Assembly: GCA_973895155.1 (NCBI GenBank)
Contig: OZ316898.1
Span: 1,242,751 to 1,306,750 of the forward strand
From: Marsupella aquatica
Lineage: Eukaryota > Plantae > Marchantiophyta
DNA: 64,000 bases
Direction of reading: 5' to 3'
Below, one piece after another: positions 53,818-64,000 of the stretch. A program made the translations under genes and the position numbers. How positions within the stretch are numbered: the first letter of the stretch is position 1; every line of letters starts with the position of its first letter. The notes below the pieces were generated by a model. It was not told the DNA's origin. It saw only the letters and a program-made list of their open reading frames with translations, and ran no database searches.

Positions 53818-56800
53818 ATGAGTGACTCAGAGGATACTGGAAGAATTGGCGTCGGTGGAGCTTCAGGATCGCGATGGTCAGACGGAGAGTCTGAGGAGGA
53901 GCTGCTACCGTTTGAGGAGGAACTTATTACACCAGTACGGTCACCGGTGCGGCGTGCAGTGGAGGAAGCTGTGTTACTACCAGAGCTGTCGGTAGTAGGG
54001 AAGAAGAGGGAGATGGCTAGATTTGGAGGAGTGAAGTTTGAGGTGGAGAAGTACGATGGTCGTACTGATTACTTGCTCTGGGAGAAGCAAGTGAAGGGTG
54101 TTCTACGGGCCATGGGCTTAGCTCATCTGCTTTCATCGCGAGAGCAGTATGATGGAGAGGAGGAAATTTCAGTGAGACAATGGAGACAGGAGCAGGTGAT
54201 TGCTGTCAATGCAGTGATGCTATATCTCAAGCCGCACATCATCAAGCAGCTGGATGATTATGCAGATTGCGCGTCACTGTTCAAGGCTCTAAGAGAGAAG
54301 TACTACCGGGAAGATGCGTCAGACCGGTTGTACAAGAACTCTCTCTTGATGAGCCTCAGGCTCAAGGAAGGGAGCAAGATGCATGATCACCTGGATGAAT
54401 TTGACAGTCTTGCGGTGGATCTGTCAAACCTGGGAAAAGGAGTTGAAGATGAGGATAAGGCCTTGCTTTTGCTAAGCTCCTTACCGCCGTTTTATCAGGG
54501 CTTGAAACAGGTTCTCTTGTACAGAGATCTGAAGTCCATTTCGTATAATGAGGTGGTAAGCTCTTTACTGTCTGATGATGATGCTGGGTCAATCACAGAC
54601 AGCATCTTCTTCTGGCACTACGCTCAATGTGAACAGGGGAAGAGCAACGCAGCGCACGAATGGGCAGAACAGGTTTAGATCTACATCACGGGGGAGATCT
54701 AAATCCAGAGGAAAATCGCAAGAGAGGAAGCCTCTTGCATGTTGGAATTGTGGCAAGCCAGGCCACATGAAAAGGGATTGTCGAGTAAAGGTCCCTACTG
54801 CCTCTGCTAACGCAGCATCGAGCTCGCATGAGGTAGATTTACTCCATGATGATGACATATTGTGATGTCAATTTTATGCTCTCAACGTAGTGTCAAATCC
54901 AGGTAGTGATGACTGGATTCTAGATAGTGCATGTACTTTTCACATTTGCTTTAGAAGAGATTGTTTCAGTTCTTACACGGTTTCCAACGGGTCAGTGTTG
55001 ATGGGAAATGAAATCCCATGTCAAGTTGTTGGACTTGAATCTGTAAGATTTCAGATGTTTGATGGTGCTGTGAGAACATTCAGGAATGTGAGACATATTC
55101 CCAGCATGATGAAAAATCTCATTTCACTTGGAGTTTTAGAGGCAAATGGCCATCAGTGGAGTTCAGCTAATGGTATCCTTCAGGTTTCAACTGGTACTAA
55201 AGTTGTATTGAAGGGAAAGAGACATTGCAATCTATACGTTATGGAGGGCAGTGTAGTCTTTGATGAAGCCAATGTAACCTTATCTCATGAGGAGACGGCC
55301 CGGCTGTGGCACTTCTGTTTGGGCCACATGAGTGAAAAAGGTTTGGTTATTCTTCAGAAGAAAGGATTACTTTCTAATTTGCAATCTTGTAAGTTGGAAT
55401 TTTGTGAGCACTGTGTGCTAGGGAAGCAGCACAGAAAACCCTTCGGAGTTGGAACTCACACTAGCAAGGAGGTACTTGAGTATGTACATAGTGATGTGTG
55501 GGGTCCCGCCCCTACTCCCTCACATTCTGGACGGTTATACTATGTCACGTTCATTGACGATTACTCAAGGTATGTGTGGATATACTTTCTACACAATAAG
55601 TCTGATGTTTTTGCCACTTTTAAGGAGTGGAAAGCCCAAGTTGAAAATCAGACTGGTAATAAGGTGAGATATCTTCGATCGGATAACGGCGGTGAATACA
55701 GTTCCGATGAATTTGGAACGTATTGTAAGGAGCAGGGGATTACCCGCCATCTCACAACAAGCTATACTCCTCAGCAGAATGGTGTTTTTGAGAGACTCAA
55801 CCGAACACTATTGGACCGCTCGAGGAGTATGTTGAGTCAATCATGTTTACCACATGAGTTTTGGGCTGAAGCTGTCAACACTACAGCTTATTTGGTAAAT
55901 TTTTCTCCATCCAGTTCTATTGGATTCAAGACGCCATTTGAAATGAGGTACGGGCGTCCAGCAGATTACTCACATCTGAGGATTTTTGGATGTGATGCTT
56001 ATGTGCTTATACCTTCCCAGCTTCAATCCAAACTGGAGTCCAAGTCGAAGAAATGCATTTTCCTTGGCTATCAGAAAGGTGTTAAGGGTTATAGGTTATG
56101 GGATCCAGTAACCTGTAAACTAATTGTCAGTAGAGATGTGTCCTTTAATGAATCCAGATCATCAAAGGAGGGGGAGAGTTCTCAGGACTCCCATACTGAC
56201 AAGGGGAAATCTCCCATCCCGGATCGGGTTGAGGGGGAGATTAGTCATGATGCAGTTCATGACAGGAGAGATGGAGAAGCTCCGGGCTTGGAGCTGGTTC
56301 CTGTGATGGAACAAGAGGAGCAAATTGTTGCTAGGGTACCTCAAATTCAACCAGCAGCAGCAACACATCAGCCTGAGTCATCTATTAGAAGAACTTCCAG
56401 TCGTTCTACTAGAGCTCCTACCAGGTATGGTCAATGGGCAGACTCATCTAAGCTAGATGATATTGACATTGCACCTGATGAAGATGATATGACTTTGATC
56501 TTGGAAGAAGGAGAGCCTTCGTCGTATAGTGAGGCTTGTGCTTTAGAGCAGAAGCATGAGTGGAATGCAGCAATGCAGAGGGAGTTGCAATCTTTGAGTG
56601 ACAACAAGACATGGGAGCTGGTGGAGCTTCCAAGAGGTCAGCAAGTGGTGGACAGCAAGTGGATTTACAAGTTGAAGGATAGTCCTTAGAGGGTTGAGAC
56701 AAGATCTACAAGGCAAGGCTTGTTGCCAAGGGATTCACTGAGGAGAAAGGAGTGGATTACAATGAGGTCTTTTCACCGGTGACTAAGTATTCCACAATTC

Positions 56801-58082
56801 GGATCTTGTGTCAGCTTGTTGTGTTTTTTGGTCTGGTGATGGATCAGATGGATGTTGTTACTGCTTTTCTCTATGGCAACTTGGAAGAGATGATCTTCAT
56901 GAGACAGCCACTAGGCTTTATGAAGAAGGGCCAAGAGAACTTAGTTTGCAGATTGCTCAAGTCCTTGTATGGATTGAAGCAATCTCCCAGATAGTGGAAC
57001 AAGCGGTTTGATGATTTCATGTTTGCTCAAGGTTTTACAAGGATGGTATATGATCCTTGTGTGTATACGAAATCAGTCAAGAATGATGTGTTTGGTTTCA
57101 TCATTCTGGTGATCTATTGGATGACATGCTAATTGTGGCTAAAGATGAATCTGAGGTTGACAGTCTCAAGGCAAAATTGAGCGCTGAATTCAGGATGAAG
57201 GATCTTGGTAAGGCCAAGAGGATCTTAGGGATGGAGATTTTTAGGAACTCTGAGACTGGACAGTTGTGCTTGAGTCAAGGCCAGTATGCGAGGAAAGTAC
57301 TTGCACGATTCAACATGGAGAACTGTAAGCCAGTGAGTATTCCTTTAGCTTCACATTTCAAGTTATCATCGGATTTCTCTCCTACGGATGCTGTGGAGAA
57401 AGGTCTGATGGCTAAGATTCCTTATGAGAAGGCAGTAGGCAGTCTGATGTATTTGATGACTTGTACTAGGCCTGACTTGGCCCTAGCGATGGGCAAGGTT
57501 AGCAGATTCATATCAAATCCAGGGAAGGTACATTGGGAAGCTATGAAATGGATTCTCAGGTATGTGAAGGGAACACAGGACTATGGATTACTATTTGATA
57601 ACAGATCAAATAGAACGTTAGTTGGCTATGTAGATTCTGACTATGGAGGCTGTCTGGATACAAGGAGATCTACAACTGGGTTTTTATACACTCTTGGAGG
57701 AGGATGTATCAGTTGGAAATCTACCTTGCAGAAGTGCATATCTCAGTCTACTACAGAAACAGAGTATGTTGCAGCAGCAGAAGCTGCAAAGGAAGCAATT
57801 TGGTTGGATAAGTTGATCGCGGAGATGGGTTTAGAGCATGGAAAAATGACTCTAAACTATGATAGTCAGAGTGCTCTTCACTTGGCTGCTAACCAGGTGA
57901 TGGATAGCAGGGTGAAGCACATTGATATCAGGTACCATTTTATCAGGCAAGCAGTGTCTGATAAAACTTTTGAGCTAGTCAAGATTGATGGAAAGCTCAA
58001 TCCCGCTGATGCCTTTACCAAAGTGATTCCTTTGGAGAGTTTCTCAAGACACCGTGCTACTTTGCAGGTTTTGCAGTTGTAG
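53818..58082 (+). pseudogene. Copia gag-pol polyprotein, disrupted
   Basis: KFEVEKYDG, zinc knuckle CWNCGKPGHMKRDC, PR WILDSAC, IN VHSDVWGP / LRSDNGGEY / TPQQNG, RT QMDVVTAFL / LYGLKQSPR, RH YVDSDYGG / KHIDIRYHF. Frameshifts near 54575, 56690 and 57116 (the last breaks YVDD); stops at 54865 and 56994. Confidence 0.92.
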
Positions 58083-58289
58083 TGCAAGTAGAGTTATTTA
58101 GCAATGTGTGACTATTTGTATATGGATTACTCATTCCTGTTAGGCTACGGCTTAGTTCTAGTTAACCCTTAGTTAACCCTTGTGGTTTTTAGGGGGAGAC
58201 CTGGTTTGGTGATTGTTTAGAACTTCTCGCTGAGGATTCCATATGGTAGCATTTAGTCTAGTCCCCAAGACAAGAGTCAAGGGGGAGTT

Positions 58290-58611
58290 TGTTAGATATT
58301 GCTCTAGTCTTGTGACTCTTGTGCTAACCACAGTTAGGCTAACTCGGGTTAGGACCTAGCTAAGGTTAGCGGTAGTGCTGTTGTGCATATAGCCAGGACT
58401 GGTGCCAGACCCGGGGGGAACTTAGGCTCATTGTTACGGAGCTAGTTGAGAGATAGGGAGAGCTTATGCTGTGGATGCTTGGTATGGCCGGTCGGCCTAG
58501 AGTGCAGTAAAGCTCTTGTGAGTTCCCGTGGACCACGTATCTCTCTGTGTCGACTATTGTGCGTTGGATGGTTCATGGGCTTGCCGTTACGAATGTCGTT
58601 TATGCTCAACA
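58290..58611 (+). repeat. 3' LTR (322 bp)
   Basis: Matches the 5' LTR except for 7 transitions and a 22-bp indel. Confidence 0.95.
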
Positions 58612-58668
58612 CTCACTAGAAGAAGAGATGGTGTTGTGAGTGATAGTTTTTCTTTCAACATGATTTAT

Positions 58669-59490
58669 TTTGGTGCTTGCTTGCAAGCTATAACTGCCCT
58701 GTATTTATCTTGAAATTTCTCTGAGAGATATACTTCATTTACCCCTAAATTGAGAAATGTTACTTGACTTACCCCATGAGGCCCCATGTAGTTTTGGGTA
58801 CTTTTCTCGGGGGGTTAACTAAGTGACTGTATATTATATTTGAAGAATATTCTCTATTTTCAATATTATAACCTATTTTAATTTATAAAAAAGCATATAT
58901 TAAAGAATATTCTATAAATATGAGTTTGTAATACCATCTTTGTCTCCTACACTTTTTAAAATGTTACTTGAATGACCCCATGAGGTCCCATGTAATTTTG
59001 GGTACTTTTCTCGTGGGGTTAACTAAGTGACTATATATTTTGGGCTACCACATGAGATTCTAGTTTAATATAAATAGACCTATTTTTATAAAAAAGAACA
59101 TTCCAAAAATATTCTCTATTTTCAATATTATAACCTATTTTAATTTATAAAAGACATATATTAAAGGATATTCTATAAACATGAGTTTGTAATACCTTCT
59201 TTGACTCCTACACTTTTTAAAGTTAATTTTTGTCAAAAATACATATTTTGGATTACACGTGGTTCCTAAGATTTTTGATAATCAACCCCCAGACATGTAC
59301 TTTCATATTGGTCTATCAAAGGTCTGGATCACTCATGGGGTCTAGCAAGTAACATTTTTCCTTGCAAAATGACTTTTTTGGTGCTTGCTTGCAAGCTACA
59401 TCTACCCGGCCTGTGTTTTTTCTCAGGATTTCTATGAGAGATATACTTTATGGACCCCATGAGGCCCCATGTGGTATTTGGTACCTTCAT
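58669..59490. repeat. AT-rich duplicated blocks, probable older non-autonomous TE
   Basis: accccatgagg(c/t)cccatgt x3; aatattctctattttcaatattataacctattttaatttataaaa x2; ttggtgcttgcttgcaagcta x2. Confidence 0.7.
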
Positions 59491-59799
59491 TTAAGGTCTC
59501 TCAGAGGTCTGGATCAAAATGTGGTAATGTAGGGTGTGCACTCATTGATTTAAAGAAAATAACAACTAAGATATATCATGGTACTCATGTACGTTAGCAT
59601 TCCTACAAGGGCAGACAATGACCACAAGATGGTGATTAGTGACCGTGAGATGGTGACCAATGACCGTGAGAGGGTGACCGGTGACCACAAGACAGTGACT
59701 GCCAAACTCCATGTTTAAGACTCCCTATTTAGTGTCAAGGAACTGGTAATCAGAGTAGTTATTAGTGCATGTCAAGCACAGTTGCACTTGAGTTATGGT

Positions 59800-60272
59800 T
59801 TAGGACATAAAATACACTTACAGCCAAGACAGAATAGTTATGTGTTACCAAAATACATACCCCATGATGAAGCAATAACCAAAATGTTAAAGGAGAACTT
59901 TGACACGCCCTATTATACTACTAGGAAGCATGATCGTAGAACTTTAGGACATACAAGTCACTTATGGCCAGGACAGAATAGTTATGTGTTACCAAAATAC
60001 ATACCCCATAATGAAACAGTTTCCAAAATGTTAAAGAAGAACTTTGACATGCCCTATTATACTACTAGGAAGCATGGTCGTAGAACTTTGACACCCCTAT
60101 TATACTGCTAGGAAGCATGGTGGTAGCTAACGTAACAAAGTGTTACAGTATAACTTTGACACACCCTATATTATACTATTAGGAAGCATGGTCGTAGCTA
60201 ACGTAACAAAGTGTTACAGTATAACTTTGACACACCCTATATTATTATAGTATTAGGAAGCATGGTCGTAGC
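59800..60272. repeat. Tandem array, 5 copies of ~43-bp core aactttgacaNNccctattatactactaggaagcatggtcgtag
   Basis: Core at ~59896, 60040, 60084, 60152 and 60222. Linkers are themselves duplicated. Confidence 0.85.
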
Positions 60273-61157
60273 GAACTTGTGTGTACGAAAGACCTTAGTG
60301 AATCTCGGTGCTCTAGGGCCACGTACATCACCTGGAATTGTGGGGTTGGTTGACGTGGGAGCCACCGACGCACTTTCCATTTTGCTCCCCCGTTGAATTA
60401 ACCCCCTCGGATAGGAAGACCCAAATGCCCAAAGCGCTTTCCAAACTGCACCACACGCAAGAAATCACTTTCGGGCGAAAGAAATTCTAAAAAAGAAGCA
60501 ATCCAAAGTCTGGATGCATCCTGGGACAAGAAACCGAGTTGATCGTTGATCGATTTCTTCTTATAAAGTGAACGACGTCTGAGCCATCCGCTGTTTAGAT
60601 GGATGGCCCAAGACGAACGATTCCTGTAAAATTGAGTGATTGAGTGGATCTGTTTCCGGACTTCTCCCTTTTTTCCCGGCCTTGGAATTGGGGTAATCGC
60701 TGTTCACGAAAAGACTCCAGAACGAGCATCTTTGCTGTCTTTTTTGTTTTAGTATTTGTGGATGAAATGTCGTGTGTGATCACGGAATCGTGGTGGACCT
60801 CGCTTCATGGATCGTGTTTCCTCTGATGCACAGCAAGAGAGAGCGAGGGAGAGAGAAGAATGAAGAATTCAATTCTTACCTACAAATTCATTGATTGAAT
60901 TGACTTAGAAGGTGTAGTGACAGAAATTCTTACAGATCTGATTTTGTAGGACGTGAATCGGAGCCAACTGGTGAGAGCGAAGAAGTGGTGGTCTTGCTTT
61001 CAAGGCGAGGAAGAAAAGAGGATGATCGTGTTCGCTGGATGAGGAGGACAGAGATGTACAGATGAACGATTGCAGAGAAGGACAGCATCGACAGGAAGGA
61101 CGGAGGGAGGGGTGAGGACGACGAAGAGAGCGGATTGGAGGGGCGCGGGGAGACGAT

Positions 61158-63994
61158 ATGGGTGACGAGAATGCTGCAGTGGCTGTCGCTATGCTGGACG
61201 GAGAGACGCCTCAGAGGAAGAAGAATTGGGAAGGGGATTGGCCGAAGAGCATAAAATATCTGATCTGGAATGAATTCTGCGAGCGTTTCTCTTTCTACGG
61301 CCTCAAGACCATCCTGGCGCTTTTCCTGCTGGACCATCTGCACATTAGTGAGAATGGCTCCGCCGAGCTCGTGCACCTCTTCATCGTGATGTGCTATTTC
61401 ACTCCTATTCTTGGCGCCGTTCTCAGCGATGTCGTGGTGGTATGTCTTTCTGCATTCAATCTTTTTAAGGGGGACGATTGCGATTCGTCCATCGAGCTCT
61501 CAATAACGAACGAAACGTTTCCAGGCTCTTGAATCACTAGGGTAGCTAAACGACGTAAGGAAGAATTAGCAAGGAAAGAAAAATGTAAGCTCCTGGCTAA
61601 ACGACCGATGGAAGAAGAATCTGCAATTGGTCCATGAAGCTCACTCTAACCAGTTCACTGCTCATTTGAGCTCTTGGATAACTGATCTAATGAAGACGAG
61701 GCTGCAATTGGTCCAAGAACGTCTCTCCACCCCTTTTGATTTGGGCTTTATGATTTCTGTCTGAACGAGGACTTGAAGAGGGTGAAGTTTATCCTGAAGC
61801 TCTCTCTAACCAGTTGAATTCTGGTTCTAGCTCTTGAATGTCTAGCAAATCTACCTTTTGAGGACGTCTCTGAGATTCAAGCGACAATGACCTAATGAAG
61901 ATCTAGCTGCAATTGGTGTGGGAGGCTCTCTCTAACCAACAAACTTTGCTTTCCAGCTGTTGAATTTCTAGATAACCAGCTAGATGATAACTCGTTTACA
62001 TTTCTAGCTTAGTGACCTCGTATGACACGCCCGGTCAAGAGTCAATCTCTTCCCCCCAATGACAGCCTTTTTCTCCTTCTGGATTACGATCGGAAACGAC
62101 CTACCCAAGACGTGGCTGTGTTCTAGCTGCACGACCTTATCAAGAAGTGGCATCAAGTCACCCGTCATGCTGTCTCTTACCAATTGACAACTTATTGAAG
62201 CTCCTGGAGTTTCTATTGACCTAAGAAGCATTTGTGTCGGATTCCGGTCTTTTTATTTGTTCTGCTGACGGATAGATTGTCAGAGGACTGTGGACGACAA
62301 CTTTGACAACTCACGCATAGAATTAGTGAATGAATCGATTCTGGAGTCCACAGATCCGCAACTGTGCCACGGACAGAGATCACAAGATGGTATAGCAGTA
62401 AAGGTATTGGAAAGCCAAATGCTACGAGAAGGGTAACACAATGAGTAATAGAGCCAACAAATAGGTACTGATTGCTCTCTCTTGTCATGGTTGGAATTAA
62501 TGTCGCTACACCTGTCTGCTCTTCTTGGGAACAGAATCTCTCCGCGGATACAGGAAGCCGCTTAAACAGAGATGGGAAGAAGACACTTCACTTTGTGTGT
62601 TATAATTCTTGGAAGGACGCTAGCTAAGGAGGGGTAGATCCTGCGTTGGTAAGACGCTCTTATTCTCTGGATGCAAAAGAATTCAACTCGGAGTATCTGA
62701 TTTGTCGGGTGTGGTCTTGGCTCTTCAATGGCAGGGAAAGTATCGCACAATTCTATGGCTATCCATCATATACAGCATTGGAAACTGTGTCTTGTCAGCT
62801 GCTGCTTTACCCGACACGGACTCGGGCTTTAATTCGCTTGCATTGTGGATGACAACCGCTGGATTGCTTCTCATAGCCCTGGGCACTGGTGGAATCAAGC
62901 CCTGCGTCTCGGCATTCGGAGGAGACCAAATTGAGTTAGGCTTGCCGGAGGGACCCATCAAGGAAAGGCTCCAGAGGCAGTTTTTCTCAATGTACTACTT
63001 TGCTGTGAATGCAGGGGCACTCATTTCCACTCTTCTCACCCCAGTGTTGAGAACGGATCTCTCATATTCTGTTGCATTCAGTGTGCCTGCTGCTCTGATG
63101 ATCGTCGCCGTGGTCATATTTTGGGCGGGAAGTCGCCATTACATTGACAGGAAACCGGAGGGCAACGTGTTTGGCCAGGTTGGGAGTGTCATTTATGATG
63201 CTGTGAAATTTAATTTGTTTCCATCAGCTCGAGCAAGAGCGAATTCCCGGGAAATTGACGAAGAAACGCACCTTTTGGAAAACAGCGAAGGTGCAGCAAA
63301 TCATGGAAAATCTATGAAATGGTTAGATCCAGCGAAGCGAACTCAGGGGGCGATTATGGTGGACGATGTCAAGTCTTTACTGGCGGTTGTCGTCGTCCTT
63401 CTGCCTGCTCCTTTGTTCTGGTCTCTCTCTGATCAGCAGTCTTCCAAGTGGGTGTTCCAGGGCAGTAGCATGAATAGGAAAATGCCATGGTGGGTGGGTG
63501 GCGTTGTGGTCGAAGAAGATCAAATGCAGGTATGTAGCTCTAGCATGCCTGCTTTGTAGGTGACAGCAAATATGACAGTCCTATTTATTTGTAGGCTCTG
63601 TCGTTGTTTAAACAGGCAACCTCTTCATATTCCTTGTTTCTGTGATGTGATTTGCAGGCCTTGAATCCAGTTCTTGTTCTGGGCATGATTCCTATCTTTT
63701 ATCAAGTCATCTATCCATTTTTTGAGAGGAGAGGGTGGCCTTTGAAGCCCATTCCTCGCATGTGGCTCGGTATCGTCCTGAGTGCGGTTGCCTTTATTAT
63801 CTCTGCCTTGTTACAAATATGGATAGACCTAGGAGGAGAGGCAATATCTATTTTATGGCAGATACCACAGTATATCATAGTTACGGCAGGGGAGATATTG
63901 TTCAGCATCACAGGTTTAGAATTTGCGTACTCTCAAGCTCCAGAGTCGATGAAGTCGGTGGTCCAGGCCGTGTGGCTCCTCTGTGTGGCTGCGG
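61158..63994 (+). CDS. Proton-dependent oligopeptide transporter (POT/PTR), PEPT1/SLC15A1-like; 3' end outside window
   Basis: Exons 61158-61439, 62735-63529 and 63658-63994 (GT-AG, in phase). Motifs NEFCERFSFYG (ExxER), GTGGIKPCVSAFGGDQ, YFAVNAGALIST, WQIPQY, GLEFAYSQAPESMKS. Confidence 0.93.
61620..61970. repeat. Degenerate repeats in POT intron 1
   Basis: ctgcaattggt x3 and gctc(a/t)ctctaacca x3. Confidence 0.5.
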
Positions 63995-64000
63995 GTAAGT

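Larger units (their letters stand above)
51974..58611 (+). mobile_element. Full-length Ty1/copia LTR retrotransposon (inactivated)
   Basis: LTRs 51974-52317 and 58290-58611 (TG..CA), TSD CTCAC on both sides, PBS TGATATCAGAGC (tRNA-iMet type, one mismatch) 52320-52331, PPT ~58272-58287. Domain order gag-PR-IN-RT-RH. Confidence 0.97.

Noticed and set aside
59800-60272. CRISPR-like array
   Set aside because: The linkers are duplicated rather than unique spacers, there are no cas genes, and the context is eukaryotic.

Overview
Eukaryotic, intron-rich plant DNA. It most resembles a non-seed land plant such as a liverwort; this is inferred from gene content and the Replitron, not proven. Six protein-coding genes can be read: a 2-exon classical SDR (801-1883,+), a 10-exon ALDH3 (4868-9246,-), a ~31-exon PIR/SRA1/CYFIP (WAVE/SCAR complex; ~15806-27423,-), complex I subunit NDUFB2 (43395-44246,-), an intronless ERG2/sigma-1-family sterol isomerase (47322-48053,+), and a PEPT1/SLC15-like peptide transporter running off the right edge (61158->64000,+). 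CYFIP has two U12 introns (one AT-AC) and one GC-AG intron. NDUFB2 can splice in frame into a 291-aa exon of 20-21-aa repeats. Mobile DNA includes a full-length but inactivated Ty1/copia element (51974-58611, TSD CTCAC), two delimited non-autonomous Helitrons plus a fragment, and a degenerate Replitron HUH-transposase gene. That gene is split by a small 8-bp-TSD TIR element and has a related one just upstream. A TTAA-flanked MITE and many local tandem duplications are also present. Most notable: the candidate NDUFB2-repeat fusion, the fungal-type ERG2, and the reconstructable Replitron nest at 28.5-40.7 kb.
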